64,000 bases of DNA from Candidatus Poribacteria bacterium (GTDB lineage: Bacteria > Poribacteria > WGA-4E > PCPOR2b): assembly GCA_965198175.1 (NCBI GenBank), contig OZ240245.1, positions 3,904,001-3,968,000 on the forward strand, given 5' to 3'. Within the stretch, counting starts at the first letter, position 1. Each line of letters opens with the position of its first letter. Both the position numbers and the translations under genes were made by a program. Positions 21,791 through 32,792 of the stretch are shown here, piece after piece. The notes below the pieces were generated by a model that was given only the letters and a program-made list of their open reading frames with translations, made no database searches and was not told the DNA's origin.

Positions 21791-22816
21791 TCAAGCAGTA
21801 TTCCGCACGACCGTTGATCGAAGCGATTTGAGAAGTTTGGAAATGGCTCTGTTTTTCTTGCCGATGGCTAGTGCTGTCTCGCACGCTGCGATAGCGCGTA
21901 CTCCTATCGCAGTGTCCTGTGTGGACTGATAGGCAACGGCATAAATCTTTGCAGCGGTGGAGTGATATTCCGCCGGATCGACGCCATCTGCGATCTCTCT
22001 GGACGGCGTCGGCGTAGTCGCATTGAAATCATCTGAGATGCGGTTTAACGTGGCTAGCCCCGCTTCCCAAGCTTCGGATTTCGCTTCACAGACGACTTTG
22101 CGATAGAGCGGCGCTGGTGTGGAATTATCCAACCAGTAAGCCTGTTCGCAGCAGGCTGCGGCTTCGTCGTAGACCTCATTGGCATCGTGTAGTTTCGCCA
22201 ATTCACTATAAAACGCATACAGTCCGCTATGGGTAATGGCGTACCGATTGTGCGCCGTATTCGCAAGCCAATCCCCATCCTCTAGAAACTCGATTGCGGA
22301 GTTCTTGTCATCTTCCGTAATGATGATGTCAGTCAGTAGGTGTTGGGCAACAGCGGCGTTTGGGTAGATTTTTGTGCGGCTTTTCATCAAGGGGTAGGCT
22401 TGCACGGCTTTATCCATCTGGAGCAGCTTAAACCCCGTGGCGATTCGGAAAAGGGAGACAATCTGATCGCTATTTTTTCGATCCCGCTCGTCAATAATTA
22501 TCTCCTGATTTTCGGCGATGCGGCGATTGAGATCCCCGAATTCTGCCCTAATCTCCGCATCGGTTGGATTCAGTTGAATCGCACGTCCGAGAAACCTTTG
22601 GGCGGTAAACACTTCGTTCCAGCTTCGGTAGATTCTCGCAAGATAAAAGTTGGCTTGGGCGTGGATTTCGGGTTCCGCCTCGACGGACAAGATGGTTTCC
22701 CAAACCTGGATGGCACTTGGGAAGTCGTCCTCGTTTTCAAGCGATTGGGCGTATTGGACAAATCTGACTATGTCAGAGCGCACCTGATTTTGGGTGGATA
22801 CGTAGGTTTTTTGCAT
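21791..22816 (-). CDS. Tetratricopeptide repeat protein
   Basis: TPR-like helices (NFYLARIY..AQRFLGRAIQLNP; YDEAAACCEQAYWLD). Confidence 0.75.
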   Translation of the reverse strand: MQKTYVSTQNQVRSDIVRFVQYAQSLENEDDFPSAIQVWETILSVEAEPEIHAQANFYLARIYRSWNEVFTAQRFLGRAIQLNPTDAEIRAEFGDLNRRIAENQEIIIDERDRKNSDQIVSLFRIATGFKLLQMDKAVQAYPLMKSRTKIYPNAAVAQHLLTDIIITEDDKNSAIEFLEDGDWLANTAHNRYAITHSGLYAFYSELAKLHDANEVYDEAAACCEQAYWLDNSTPAPLYRKVVCEAKSEAWEAGLATLNRISDDFNATTPTPSREIADGVDPAEYHSTAAKIYAVAYQSTQDTAIGVRAIAACETALAIGKKNRAISKLLKSLRSTVVRNTA

Positions 22817-22911
22817 GGAAATTGGGATTTGTATTTTTGGTTATTTGTATTATAGCCACTTCAACTAAAAATTACACATATTAATCCGATCAAAAAGAGG
22901 TGTCAATCCCC

Positions 22912-23000
22912 CAAAACTATCGCCTTCGCTATCCGCTCAGTTGATCCCTCTAGCTCGCCCTTGGTAAAGGGGAGAATGTAAGCTGTTCAACCCAACCTAC
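22912..23000. repeat. Composite repeat (MITE end, hairpin and REP)
   Basis: AAAACTATCGCCTTCGCTATCCGCTCAGTTGATC, CCCTCTAGCTCGCCCTT..AAGGGGAG and CCCAACCTAC are the same parts seen at 6055-6230. Confidence 0.7.
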
Positions 23001-23209
23001 GAGACTTCTTCAGAACTCCAAATTTCCGTCTTCTTTGCAAATGTCTCAGCGACATCGTCAGCGATGGTGTCTTTAATGAGGTTGATGAGGTCTTCGCGGA
23101 ATTTCATCCAATCCTGTCCGCGCCTCGTAAAACGGTATGGACCGTCAAATTCAACAAACATGGTATCGTTGGGTTGGGATAGCGATTCGTAGTAGCGAGT
23201 CACTTTCAT
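22997..23209 (-). CDS. Small hypothetical protein
   Basis: 70 aa with a strong AGGAGG RBS, co-oriented directly after the HAD gene. Confidence 0.7.
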   Translation of the reverse strand: MKVTRYYESLSQPNDTMFVEFDGPYRFTRRGQDWMKFREDLINLIKDTIADDVAETFAKKTEIWSSEEVS

Positions 23210-23254
23210 GACTTTTTCCTCCTGATAAGGGACGCCGAATCCGGATTGCGGCGC

Positions 23255-23956
23255 TTAGGATTCGGCGCGGAGTGTCCAATTTTGAATCTCCCAGCGGCAT
23301 TCGGTGGCGATTCGCCGAAACGCCTTGCTGGGATTGACGGCGACTGGATGATTAACGCATCGCAGCATCGGCAGATCCGCACTGCTATCGCCGTATGCGT
23401 AGCTTGAAGCGAGATCGACCCCATGACGCTCAGCGAACCCTGTGATGACGCGAGCCTTTTCCTCTCCACTCAGCGGCGGCGTTGTGAGCTCACCTGTGAA
23501 TTTTCCGCCCTCCTCGTGAAGCTGTACTGTTAAGGCATGGTCACATTGAAGAAAATCAGCGAGCGGCTGGATGATAAAGTTGAGCGACCCGCTCACGAGA
23601 ACGACCAGATTGCCACGGCTTCGGTGTTCATGGATGCGATTTAACGCAGCGGGGAAGATTTTCGGGCGGAGGAGCGTATCGAATTTCTCAGAAGCGAGTT
23701 GACGAAGTTTCTCAACATCCAGACCTCGGTAGTTTCGGTAGAACACTTGGTTGAATTTTGTGCGACTAGCTTTATCGAGAAAGAGGTAGTAAATTACTTT
23801 GGGGGCGAATTGAATCAGCCACAACGGGCGTAGTGCGGGATGAAGCAGCGGAAAGCGGAGCGAAACGAAGTAGTGGACAATGGTGCTCTTCACAATGGTG
23901 CCATCGACATCGAAGAAGGCAGCCGTTTTTTGTTCCGGCGGCTGGATTTTTGACAT
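23255..23956 (-). CDS. HAD-IB (SerB-like) hydrolase
   Basis: FFDVDGT, VSGS, K and YGDSSADLPML motifs. Confidence 0.92.
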   Translation of the reverse strand: MSKIQPPEQKTAAFFDVDGTIVKSTIVHYFVSLRFPLLHPALRPLWLIQFAPKVIYYLFLDKASRTKFNQVFYRNYRGLDVEKLRQLASEKFDTLLRPKIFPAALNRIHEHRSRGNLVVLVSGSLNFIIQPLADFLQCDHALTVQLHEEGGKFTGELTTPPLSGEEKARVITGFAERHGVDLASSYAYGDSSADLPMLRCVNHPVAVNPSKAFRRIATECRWEIQNWTLRAES

Positions 23957-23961
23957 CGACC

Positions 23962-26900
23962 TTAACTCCAGTTTGAAATGTTCTGCGCAGCGCGCGGGCT
24001 ACCTAACGTATTGTGCATATTCGCCCGCAACTCCTCGATTCGTCCTCTCACTTCATCAACAAACGCTCTATAGACTTCATGATTGATTGTCGCACCGCCT
24101 TGGGAGGAATGGAGCGTCATTGGCTCACCAAAAACCACTTTAATTGGTTTCCTACGTGGCAGGTGTTTACCTTTTGGCAGGGCTTGATATGTACCGTGGA
24201 TATAGGTTGGGACGATTGGCGCCCCGGTTTCATACGCGAGCAAGCCGAGTCCTGCTTTGAACGGTTGAAGTTCGCCCGTGACGGAGCGTGTGCCCTCTGG
24301 ATAGATGAGTAAGCATCGGTTTTCAAGCATTGTTTCATGTGAAGTCTGGACATCTCGCAGAAACTGAGAAAAGTTGTCTTTCCGCTCGAAAGGCAGGAAT
24401 TTAAACAGTTTGCCAAAGAACCACGCTTTGAAGCGGGTATTAAAAAAGTAGTCCCTCGCAGCGAGAATTTTGATGCCTCTGGCTGCCTTACCTAGGGCGG
24501 TGACAACGGCGCCCGTATCTAGGTGACTTGAGTGGTTGGCGACAAAGATACACGGTTGCTCGCGCGGAATGTGCGCTTTTCCGTAGGTTTTGATTGAGAA
24601 ATAACCTTTATAGGCGATACGCATCCCGAATCGTAAGAGCCGCGTTTTAATTGACAAGTGCGGCGGACCAATCTCAGCGTAGGACGGTCGCTCAGCACGT
24701 GCAGCAATTGCCGTGGCGCTCTCAACGTTGTGGAGCACGGGTTGAGCTTGCAGTGTCTTTACTGTTTGAATTACGTCCCCAACGGTCCGTATTTGCGTAA
24801 CCATCTCATCCGGAATAGGAAGTTGGAGTTTGGCTTCCAGCAATAACAACAATTCCACCCGCCCGAGCGAATCCAATCCGAGATCTGAGTCTAAGTGATC
24901 TTCCATGCGAATCCCTTCAAGCGGCAGACGTGACAAGCGGCTCAACTCAGCAGCGATTGCACCCTCCCAACCCTCAGAAATCCAATCCGGTTGCGTTGAG
25001 GATGGCGCTTCGTGAGATGCGGCGGTGACACTCTCCGCCGTTGGAGTATCGTCTTCTGTCTTCCCAGACAGTTGCTCCAGCAGCATCTCTTTAACGCGAC
25101 GCCGGTGAATCTCAAAGGTCGGCAGTTTGGGCAACTCAGATTCCCAGAAGTGTACTTTGTGAAGATGTTGGTAGCTGGGCAGGTTGCGCGCACACGTCTG
25201 AAGATGCTGGCGAATGGCAACTTCGACCTCCGCTAGATTGGGTTTGCCCCTGCGATTTGGAAGAATGACAGCGTGAACTTCTTCGCCGTGCGAATCACCG
25301 ATGTTCACACCGACAACGCAGATTTCCGCAATATCGGGGCTGTGTCGATAGAGCTCTTCAAGTTCAACTGGATAAATATTTTTGCCCGCACTTGAGACGA
25401 TGACATCTTTGAGGCGCCCGGTGATATAAAGATAGCCATCTGCATCGATGTACCCGAGATCCCCTGTATACAGCGTTCCTTCTCGCATCATCTGTCCTGT
25501 CGCCCCTGGGTTCCGATAGTAGCCCGCCATTAAGCTAGGACCTTGTGCAATAATCTCGCCGATCCCGTCGGGGTTGGGACGATGAATCTGCACTTGTGTT
25601 CCACGTACAGGAACGCCGACAGATGCCCGCTTACTTTTGTGATGTGGATTAACAGTTAGTACGGGCGCCGTTTCGGTCAAGCCGTATCCTTGATAAATTG
25701 TCAGCCCGAACCGCTGGAATTCGTCGTAAATTTCGTTGGACAGTGCCGCCCCCCCACTCACAAGGACACGCATGTTCCCGCCTAAAGCAGCACGAAACGC
25801 TTCAACTGTTGCTACATCAGCCGGGGAATCCGCGTCTGCGAGAGATTTCACGACATAGCGCATAATTGTATCGTAAATCAACTTAAACATACGCGGCACT
25901 CCAATCACGACGGTCGTCTTTGTCTCCTGCATCGTTTCTAGAACCACCGTGGGCTTAAGTGTATTGGGATAGGTCGCTGTGGCACCGCCATAAATCGACA
26001 TCAGGAAACAGCAGGTAAACTCCAACGCATGGTGCAAGGGCAATATTGACAGGAACTGGTCTGTATCGCGGGGCGGCAATGCTTGTGCAACAGCGAGAAC
26101 GTTTGCGATGAAATTCTTGTGGGAGAGCATAACCCCCTTCGCCTCGACGGTAGTGCCCGCTGTGAAGATTATTGAGGCGATTGTGTCAGGCTGTATATCC
26201 ACGTCGGGGAAGTCGTCGGTTATTTCGGGTAGATTATCAATCGGGTCACTTCCTTCGATTGAAGGGGATTGCGATTCCGTCGTATATTCGAATTCAAAAG
26301 GTTGGCAGAGACGATTGATGTTCAAGAGCGCTACCGACGGCGTTTCATCGGCGGACTGAAGCAAGACGCGGTGTAGGTGACTAGCAATCGTCTCCGAAGT
26401 TAGAATGGCTTTCGCACCGGTAAATTTGGCAAGCGCAAACATTTCGCGCTCCGGGGTTTGTCGATCGACAGGAACAACTGTGATACCAATCTGCGTGGCA
26501 CCTAAATAAGCGATACCCCATTCAGGTTGATTCTCCGCAAAGAGGATGAGGCGATCGCCTGTGCGATACCCACGATTCCAGAGCGAACAAGCGATTCGCC
26601 GCGAAAAGTCATAGAGTTGGCGATAGGAATATCGTGCCCATGTGTCGCCAGTTTTCATCTGAAGCGCCGTTTTGTTCGGATAGGCATTGGCACGATCGGC
26701 AATCAGATCTGGAATGGTTCGATATGGGAATTGTGAGTTGTCGCTAGCGTCGTCGACTCGACTGCCATTCCCCTCTTCGCTTCGTTCAGGTACGGGTTTT
26801 TGCCGCTCGTCCCTTTCAAGTTTGAGGATGTGCCGCTTGATGCCCGGAATATGAACCTCCTGGAGATAATGTCTCCAATCAAATCGTGAGACATCAAAGT

Positions 26901-28413
26901 TGAACCGCTGTTGGTCCGACGGCGTGAGCGAACGAAACAGACCCTCCGTCTTGTCGGTTTCAAACTCAAAACTCAAGCGGGTGTATGTGCCGTAGAGGCG
27001 TATATAATTCTGCAGTCCCTCAATCGCATTCTGCATCACCCCAATGCGACGGTTGGCTTGCGCCGCCGATTTCAGTGGGAACAGGCTGAGGATCCGACCG
27101 CTCACGGCAAGCATGAGATATTTAAGACGAAGTTGACGTTGAAATTTCTCAAGGCTTGGATATTTCCAGACAGGGACCGCAATCGGCTTCCCTTTATCTA
27201 ACAAGGGCGACTGGGCGAAGTAATCGTGGGTTGCCGTTACGATACCGTGGAAGGACAATGGATTCCGCGATCCCGTTGCCACATGATAGACCTCGATCCC
27301 GCGTTTGCGGTATGTCTGAAAAGTTATCGCCAAGATGGCATTGACAACGAGATCAACGGGGATAATGTCGGTAATGGCTTCTGGTTTGCCGGGAAAATCC
27401 AGGAGCCGCCCCTTGGCGAAACCGATGATGATCGGATCCGCCATGCGGAAACCGTCAAGCCAACCGGGTTCCGGCTCCTCAAGGCTACTTTCGATAATTG
27501 AGGGACGAACAATCGCCGTCGGCAAATCACCTTTTACCTTGTCAATCATCTGTTCACCGAGGGATTTGGTGTAGGTGTAGGTATCGTTCCAGCCACGCGA
27601 CTTTGCCCGTTTTAGACCTTCCTCTACCAAACGCGCTTCGATCCACTTGTTCCGAACCGTTTCGATCTGTCCGTCGAGTTTCTGGCTGTTCCTTTTCCCG
27701 CCCCCCAACTGACGTTGGGCTTCGCGACGGAATTGAACGGTCCGCGAGGAATGGTGCGCTTCAGCACGCACCCCTTCGCTAAGTTGTAAAATGTCCTCAA
27801 TGTCCGCTTCAAGGGTGCTGGGAATCGTCTCACCGGTTTCTACACGATGTCTCTCGGCGTAAGTTTCATACGTCGGATGCAACGCTTCAACGACTTTTCC
27901 CGGCCGCATGCCGCAGACGTAAGCCGTCGATAAATGGATTAACACGGCATCGTTGCAGCGCTTTGCGAACTCAACGGCGTATTTCGCCCCGAGGGTGTTG
28001 CTCCGCAAAGACGCATCAATGGATGGGTCAAATTTGACAAGCCCGCCACTATTGATGAAAATCCTCACTTCGCTCTTTAGGCGCTCATAATCGCTATCGG
28101 ACAGACCGAGCCGTTCTTCTGCGAGGTCACCGTCTACAGCGCAAACTTTTTCACGGATCCATCCATCAAACCCAGTCCCGTGAATTTGCCTTAATTTTGC
28201 GAAGACGCTGGAAGTGAAAATTTCTTCTTCCAACCGATCTGCGGCAGTACGAACTTTACCGTTGGGCTCAGTGCGACTGCGGATTAGCAGGTAAATCTTT
28301 TTGATATCAGGGAGATCCGTAAGAATTTTGGCGACCAACGGTTTGCCGAGGAATCCAGTGGCTCCGATGATCAATATAACTTTATCGCGGAAAAATTCGG
28401 GAATTGTATTCAT
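23962..28413 (-). CDS. Multidomain fatty acyl reductase-adenylation-ACP-PlsC acyltransferase (ElbD-like)
   Basis: Reductase GATGFLGK, YTYTK, RPSIIES; adenylation YGLTE, TGDLG, GRLKD; ACP DLGLDSL; acyltransferase NHSSHLD, PEGTRS. Confidence 0.9.
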   Translation of the reverse strand: MNTIPEFFRDKVILIIGATGFLGKPLVAKILTDLPDIKKIYLLIRSRTEPNGKVRTAADRLEEEIFTSSVFAKLRQIHGTGFDGWIREKVCAVDGDLAEERLGLSDSDYERLKSEVRIFINSGGLVKFDPSIDASLRSNTLGAKYAVEFAKRCNDAVLIHLSTAYVCGMRPGKVVEALHPTYETYAERHRVETGETIPSTLEADIEDILQLSEGVRAEAHHSSRTVQFRREAQRQLGGGKRNSQKLDGQIETVRNKWIEARLVEEGLKRAKSRGWNDTYTYTKSLGEQMIDKVKGDLPTAIVRPSIIESSLEEPEPGWLDGFRMADPIIIGFAKGRLLDFPGKPEAITDIIPVDLVVNAILAITFQTYRKRGIEVYHVATGSRNPLSFHGIVTATHDYFAQSPLLDKGKPIAVPVWKYPSLEKFQRQLRLKYLMLAVSGRILSLFPLKSAAQANRRIGVMQNAIEGLQNYIRLYGTYTRLSFEFETDKTEGLFRSLTPSDQQRFNFDVSRFDWRHYLQEVHIPGIKRHILKLERDERQKPVPERSEEGNGSRVDDASDNSQFPYRTIPDLIADRANAYPNKTALQMKTGDTWARYSYRQLYDFSRRIACSLWNRGYRTGDRLILFAENQPEWGIAYLGATQIGITVVPVDRQTPEREMFALAKFTGAKAILTSETIASHLHRVLLQSADETPSVALLNINRLCQPFEFEYTTESQSPSIEGSDPIDNLPEITDDFPDVDIQPDTIASIIFTAGTTVEAKGVMLSHKNFIANVLAVAQALPPRDTDQFLSILPLHHALEFTCCFLMSIYGGATATYPNTLKPTVVLETMQETKTTVVIGVPRMFKLIYDTIMRYVVKSLADADSPADVATVEAFRAALGGNMRVLVSGGAALSNEIYDEFQRFGLTIYQGYGLTETAPVLTVNPHHKSKRASVGVPVRGTQVQIHRPNPDGIGEIIAQGPSLMAGYYRNPGATGQMMREGTLYTGDLGYIDADGYLYITGRLKDVIVSSAGKNIYPVELEELYRHSPDIAEICVVGVNIGDSHGEEVHAVILPNRRGKPNLAEVEVAIRQHLQTCARNLPSYQHLHKVHFWESELPKLPTFEIHRRRVKEMLLEQLSGKTEDDTPTAESVTAASHEAPSSTQPDWISEGWEGAIAAELSRLSRLPLEGIRMEDHLDSDLGLDSLGRVELLLLLEAKLQLPIPDEMVTQIRTVGDVIQTVKTLQAQPVLHNVESATAIAARAERPSYAEIGPPHLSIKTRLLRFGMRIAYKGYFSIKTYGKAHIPREQPCIFVANHSSHLDTGAVVTALGKAARGIKILAARDYFFNTRFKAWFFGKLFKFLPFERKDNFSQFLRDVQTSHETMLENRCLLIYPEGTRSVTGELQPFKAGLGLLAYETGAPIVPTYIHGTYQALPKGKHLPRRKPIKVVFGEPMTLHSSQGGATINHEVYRAFVDEVRGRIEELRANMHNTLGSPRAAQNISNWS

Positions 28414-28523
28414 TTCACTTTAGTGTTTTTAAAAAATGATAGTCAATCGACCAACGTCACGGAAAGGAGAGGCGCGTCGCAGAACGGACGAGTGACGTTT
28501 GGTGAGTTAAACGCGATACTTCT

Positions 28524-28553
28524 AGTATAAAGGAAAATGTGGGTTTATGTCAA
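28524..28553 (-). promoter_or_regulatory. Putative sigma70 promoter of the ElbD-like operon
   Basis: TTGACA-18 bp-TATACT on the minus strand. Confidence 0.5.
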
Positions 28554-28680
28554 TGCAAAACCCAATCGTCAGAGACATCCTAATGAAAAAACTGAGGATC
28601 TCGACGAAAACGCAAATCGGCAATTTCGAACGCCAAACACACAGCTGTCGACACCTTCACTTAGGACTAACAGAAAAAAC

Positions 28681-28935
28681 GTTGGGTTTCGCTACGTCAT
28701 AACAAGATAACAAGGTTCAATCAGAATCTGACCCTGAACTGATTCGCCCAATGTTGTATGTTTCGCGGACCGTGTTCCACCCGGCCTACGATAAACTTGA
28801 TTCATCTATATGCCGGTGTTGGTGGAGGGTAGAATCTCTATTGTCATGGATTTACAAGGTAAATATTATCGCGGTTACTATCCGTTTCCTTGATCCTTCA
28901 CTATTCGGTCAGTTGATCGCTCAACCCAACCTACA
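28681..28935. repeat. REP/MITE-like repeats
   Basis: GTTGGGTTTCGCTACGTCATAACAAG is a near reverse complement of ~62356-62381. CTATTCGGTCAGTTGATC followed by CAACCCAACCTAC matches 6.2 and 22.9 kb. Confidence 0.65.
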
Positions 28936-29171
28936 CTGAACTCGACCAAAACGTAAGGGGAACAAAGACGCCGAGCCAAGCGTGTACCCCCTTGCTAAGG
29001 TAGAGAACCTTTTTGATTTCAGCATTGCGAAAGAGAAAGGCAGGACCTGAAAATTATAGCATAGAAACGCGTGACGATCCTATGCTATAATAGCTATCTT
29101 GATTGCCTTGAAGTTATGGAAACGGGCAAGAATCCCTTGAAAGGTTGAAAATCTTTCATAGATTGGGAACA

Positions 29172-29540
29172 ATGGGTAGAATTATTCTCAAGGGTCTTCG
29201 ATTTCACGGATATCACGGCGTTTCGGAATCGGAGCGTAAAGTTGGGCAGAAGTATGAGATTGATGCAGAATTGGCCTGCGATCTCTCCTTGGCAGGAGTG
29301 ACCGATGAACTTGCCCACACAATTGACTATGGACAGGTTGCTAATCTGATAGTTGAAATTGGCACGCAGCAGTCGTTTCAACTTATTGAGACGCTCGCCG
29401 AAACAGTTGCGTCAGCGATTTTGGAGCAGTTTCCTGTTTATGAAGTCCGGATTGACGTTAAAAAGCTATCTCCTCCAATTGACCATCAACTCATCTATGC
29501 TGGCGTCAAGATTCGGCGAACGAGCAACTCTCAAGCGTGA
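29172..29540 (+). CDS. folB: Dihydroneopterin aldolase
   Basis: FHGYHGV..ERKVGQ, TIDY, LIETLA and VKKL.PPI. Confidence 0.95.
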   Translation: MGRIILKGLRFHGYHGVSESERKVGQKYEIDAELACDLSLAGVTDELAHTIDYGQVANLIVEIGTQQSFQLIETLAETVASAILEQFPVYEVRIDVKKLSPPIDHQLIYAGVKIRRTSNSQA

Positions 29541-29843
29541 AAAAGGTGGGGAAGTAACATACCGCTCCGCTGGAGCGAACCCTCCTAACCACATTAGTCC
29601 GCAAAGGTAACAATGTCTTGTACTCCATCGGAGCGGAATGTGGATATTTGTAGTAAATGGCAATGGGATCGCCATTTGCGGAGCCATCTAAAAGAAACTG
29701 AACGAATTGTCCCGAACCGGGTTAGCGTATGCTAAGAGAATCTATGAAAAACTGCTTGAAAAACTTATATCGATCAAGTATTATTTTGGGATTCAGATTA
29801 CATTGACGGAAGTCGACAAGATATCGTTAGGAGAATTTACGCT

Positions 29844-31844
29844 ATGATTGTTTTTCTGAGGGAAAAATTTATTGCACAGATATTCATGTGGGTTATCGCG
29901 GTTGTTTTTGTAATTGGTTCTCTTTTGCTGTATAGCTCGATGTCAGGGAACTCGAGTTCGGGACCTGGAGAGGGCGACGTTGTCCTCCAGATTAACGGAG
30001 AGAAAGTGCGGCGCGGCGAATTTGAACGGCTCGTCAGCAACCAACTAGAGAGACAACAACAGCAGAATCAAGGTGGTTTAACGATTGAACGCGAGGACAT
30101 CGAACAGCAGGTGATTGATCAGATTATTCAAGAGCAGATTTATTTGAATAGCGTTCAGATTAGCGACACTGAAATTGAGGCCAGTCTTCGCGGCGATTAT
30201 TCTCAGTTTCTGGCTGCATACAATGCGTCCAACGCGCAACAGCGGAATTTCATCCGCCAATTTGTCCGTTTACAATTAAGCTATGAAACACTACGCAGCC
30301 AGTTAGAGGGACTAGACCTCATCACGGATATAGAGATTGAGAATGAGTATCGTCTCCAGAATGATAAGGCGAAGTTGAAGTACATCCAATTTCAACATAC
30401 GGAATATACCATCGCCATCGAAGTGGAAGATGCCGAAGTTGCCACCTATTTTGAAGGACACAAAGAGAAGTATAAAATCGACGATCGGATTAATTTACGG
30501 GTCATCAAACTCGATCCAAAGGACTTTGTCACAGACGAATCAGTACAAGCGTACTACAATGAACGTAAAGGTGAGTTTACAACCCCTGAGGCGGTTAAAG
30601 CGCGCCATATTCTCGTGAAATTTCCGGATGGTGCATCGGATGAACAGAAGGCTGAAATCAAGACCCAAGCGGAAGAACTCCTTGAAAAAGTGAAGACTGA
30701 AATCGCGGCGGGGGCGGATTTTACCGACCTCGCGAAAACGCATTCCGAAGACATCGGTTCCGCTCAATCGGGAGGTGCGTTGAGAGGACGTCACCCGAAA
30801 CTGCCACCGGGCGATTATTTTGCCCGTGGTGATATGGTCGCACCCTTTGAAAAAGCGTGTTTTGATGAATTACAGCCCGGTGAGGTAAGCGACCTTGTTG
30901 AGTCGCAATTCGGTTACCACATCATCAAATTGGAAGAGAGAAGACCGGAGGAGATTCAGACTTTCGATCTCGCCAAGCGACAAATCAGGGAAAAGTTAAT
31001 CCAGATTGATGGTATTGACGAAGCGAAGACAGTGGCGGAAAATCTGCTCTTCGACGTTGAATTTCAGGATTTTGAAGCGGCGGTCAAGGGAGAAAGAACT
31101 ACAGATCTGTCGATTTCTGTGGAAGACACGGGACTGTTTTCTCAAGATGCGACCAATATCCCGAAAATTGGGTCCAAATGGACGTATCGCGGTTTTATTG
31201 ATAAGGTGTTCAACATGGAAGTGGAGGTAAGCGATATCGTCGAAGCCAAGAAAGCGAATGGTGACATCGAAGCCTATTTTGTCGCGAGGGTGCTTGAGAA
31301 AAAGGTTGGCGGCATCCCCGCGCTTGATGACACTTGGACTGCAATTCCGAAGCGTACTGTCAAGGAACAGGTAGTTGAAGACATCAAAAAAGAGAGAGCC
31401 AAACAGATGGCGATGGAGGATGCACAAAGATTTTTCAGTTTCCGCGATGGCGATGAGTCGCTCGAAGAACTACTAAAGAAGTATGAGGCACCGGAAGGGG
31501 TAGCCAAGAAAGAAAGATCGGTTAAAGAAAGTCACTTGTTCGCCATCTCTCCAACTAGCGATTATGTTTCAGGGCTAGGGACATCGCGTGAGGTTATGTT
31601 TGCGGCTTTTAATATGGAAACTGATGCGGTTGGCGGACCCTTTGAAGGCAATGACGGCGTTTACCTCATCCAACTTGTAGAGCGTCAGGAACCGGACATG
31701 GAAAAATTTGAAAATAACCCTGCTGAGAGGACCAATATCCGCCGGTCACTACTACAGTCGAAGAAAAGCCAGCTTTTCAGCAACTGGTACAATACGGTGA
31801 AAAAACAGGCGCAGATAACGGATAAGCGTTCTGAATCAGGCTAA
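29844..31844 (+). CDS. SurA/PpiD-like membrane-anchored parvulin peptidyl-prolyl isomerase
   Basis: N-terminal transmembrane helix, ARHILV, HSED, MVAPFE and SQFGYHII. Confidence 0.9.
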   Translation: MIVFLREKFIAQIFMWVIAVVFVIGSLLLYSSMSGNSSSGPGEGDVVLQINGEKVRRGEFERLVSNQLERQQQQNQGGLTIEREDIEQQVIDQIIQEQIYLNSVQISDTEIEASLRGDYSQFLAAYNASNAQQRNFIRQFVRLQLSYETLRSQLEGLDLITDIEIENEYRLQNDKAKLKYIQFQHTEYTIAIEVEDAEVATYFEGHKEKYKIDDRINLRVIKLDPKDFVTDESVQAYYNERKGEFTTPEAVKARHILVKFPDGASDEQKAEIKTQAEELLEKVKTEIAAGADFTDLAKTHSEDIGSAQSGGALRGRHPKLPPGDYFARGDMVAPFEKACFDELQPGEVSDLVESQFGYHIIKLEERRPEEIQTFDLAKRQIREKLIQIDGIDEAKTVAENLLFDVEFQDFEAAVKGERTTDLSISVEDTGLFSQDATNIPKIGSKWTYRGFIDKVFNMEVEVSDIVEAKKANGDIEAYFVARVLEKKVGGIPALDDTWTAIPKRTVKEQVVEDIKKERAKQMAMEDAQRFFSFRDGDESLEELLKKYEAPEGVAKKERSVKESHLFAISPTSDYVSGLGTSREVMFAAFNMETDAVGGPFEGNDGVYLIQLVERQEPDMEKFENNPAERTNIRRSLLQSKKSQLFSNWYNTVKKQAQITDKRSESG

Positions 31845-31905
31845 CGCCTCTAGTCGGTTAGGGCTTGATAATTGATTTATCCGAAAGAAGATTGAGAACT
31901 TTGAA

Positions 31906-32763
31906 ATGTCCGCCGCTTCAACGAGTAAACATTTCTTCATGAGTCGCTCCTTCACAGCGCCCGGTGGTTTCACTGCGGGCATTGAGGGACCCGCCTGCGA
32001 CAGCGAAGGGAACCTGTATGCCGTCAACTACGCTCGTCAGGGCACGATTGGGAAAGTCACGCCGGAAGGCGAGTGCAGCGTATTTCTCGAATTGCCGAAC
32101 GGCAGCATTGGAAACGGAATTCGATTCAATCGTGCGGGCTCCATGTTTATCGCCGACTATATCAACCACAATATCCTCAAGGTCGATATGGAAACGCGCG
32201 AGATCAGCGTTCACGCCCATGCACTAACGATGAATCAACCGAACGACATTGCAATCCGCGCGAACGACATTATCTATGCGAGCGACCCTGATTGGTCCAA
32301 CTCAACCGGACAGCTGTGGCGGATTGATCCGAACGGAACGGTTACTTGTCTTGAATGTGGTATGGGAACTACCAACGGAATCGAGGTTAGCGCTGATGAA
32401 CGGCTGCTCTACGTCAATGAAAGTGACCAACGCAACATCTGGGCTTATGACCTTTCTCCAGAAGGCGAAATTAGTCGTAAACGTCCCCTTATCCAGTTCG
32501 CGGATTTTGGAATGGACGGTATGCGCTGCGATGTTGAGGGCAATCTGTATGTGACGCGCTGGGGAAAAGGCACGGTTGCCAAAGTTTCGCCGCAAGGCGA
32601 AGTGCTTTTGGAAATTGAGCTTGCGGGGAACAATTGTACCAATCTGGCTTTCGGCGGGCGCGATGGATGTCTTTGCTATGTCACCCTTGCCGATCTGGGA
32701 AATATCGAGTATTTCCGTACCGACCTGCCGGGGAGGAGTTGGCAGCTCAGGACAAGGGACTAG
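31906..32763 (+). CDS. SMP-30/gluconolactonase family protein
   Basis: EGPA, PND, NGI, DGMRCD and TNLAFGG. Confidence 0.9.
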   Translation: MSAASTSKHFFMSRSFTAPGGFTAGIEGPACDSEGNLYAVNYARQGTIGKVTPEGECSVFLELPNGSIGNGIRFNRAGSMFIADYINHNILKVDMETREISVHAHALTMNQPNDIAIRANDIIYASDPDWSNSTGQLWRIDPNGTVTCLECGMGTTNGIEVSADERLLYVNESDQRNIWAYDLSPEGEISRKRPLIQFADFGMDGMRCDVEGNLYVTRWGKGTVAKVSPQGEVLLEIELAGNNCTNLAFGGRDGCLCYVTLADLGNIEYFRTDLPGRSWQLRTRD

Positions 32764-32792
32764 ACAGTCGTTGTATTGGTCGACGCAAAATA

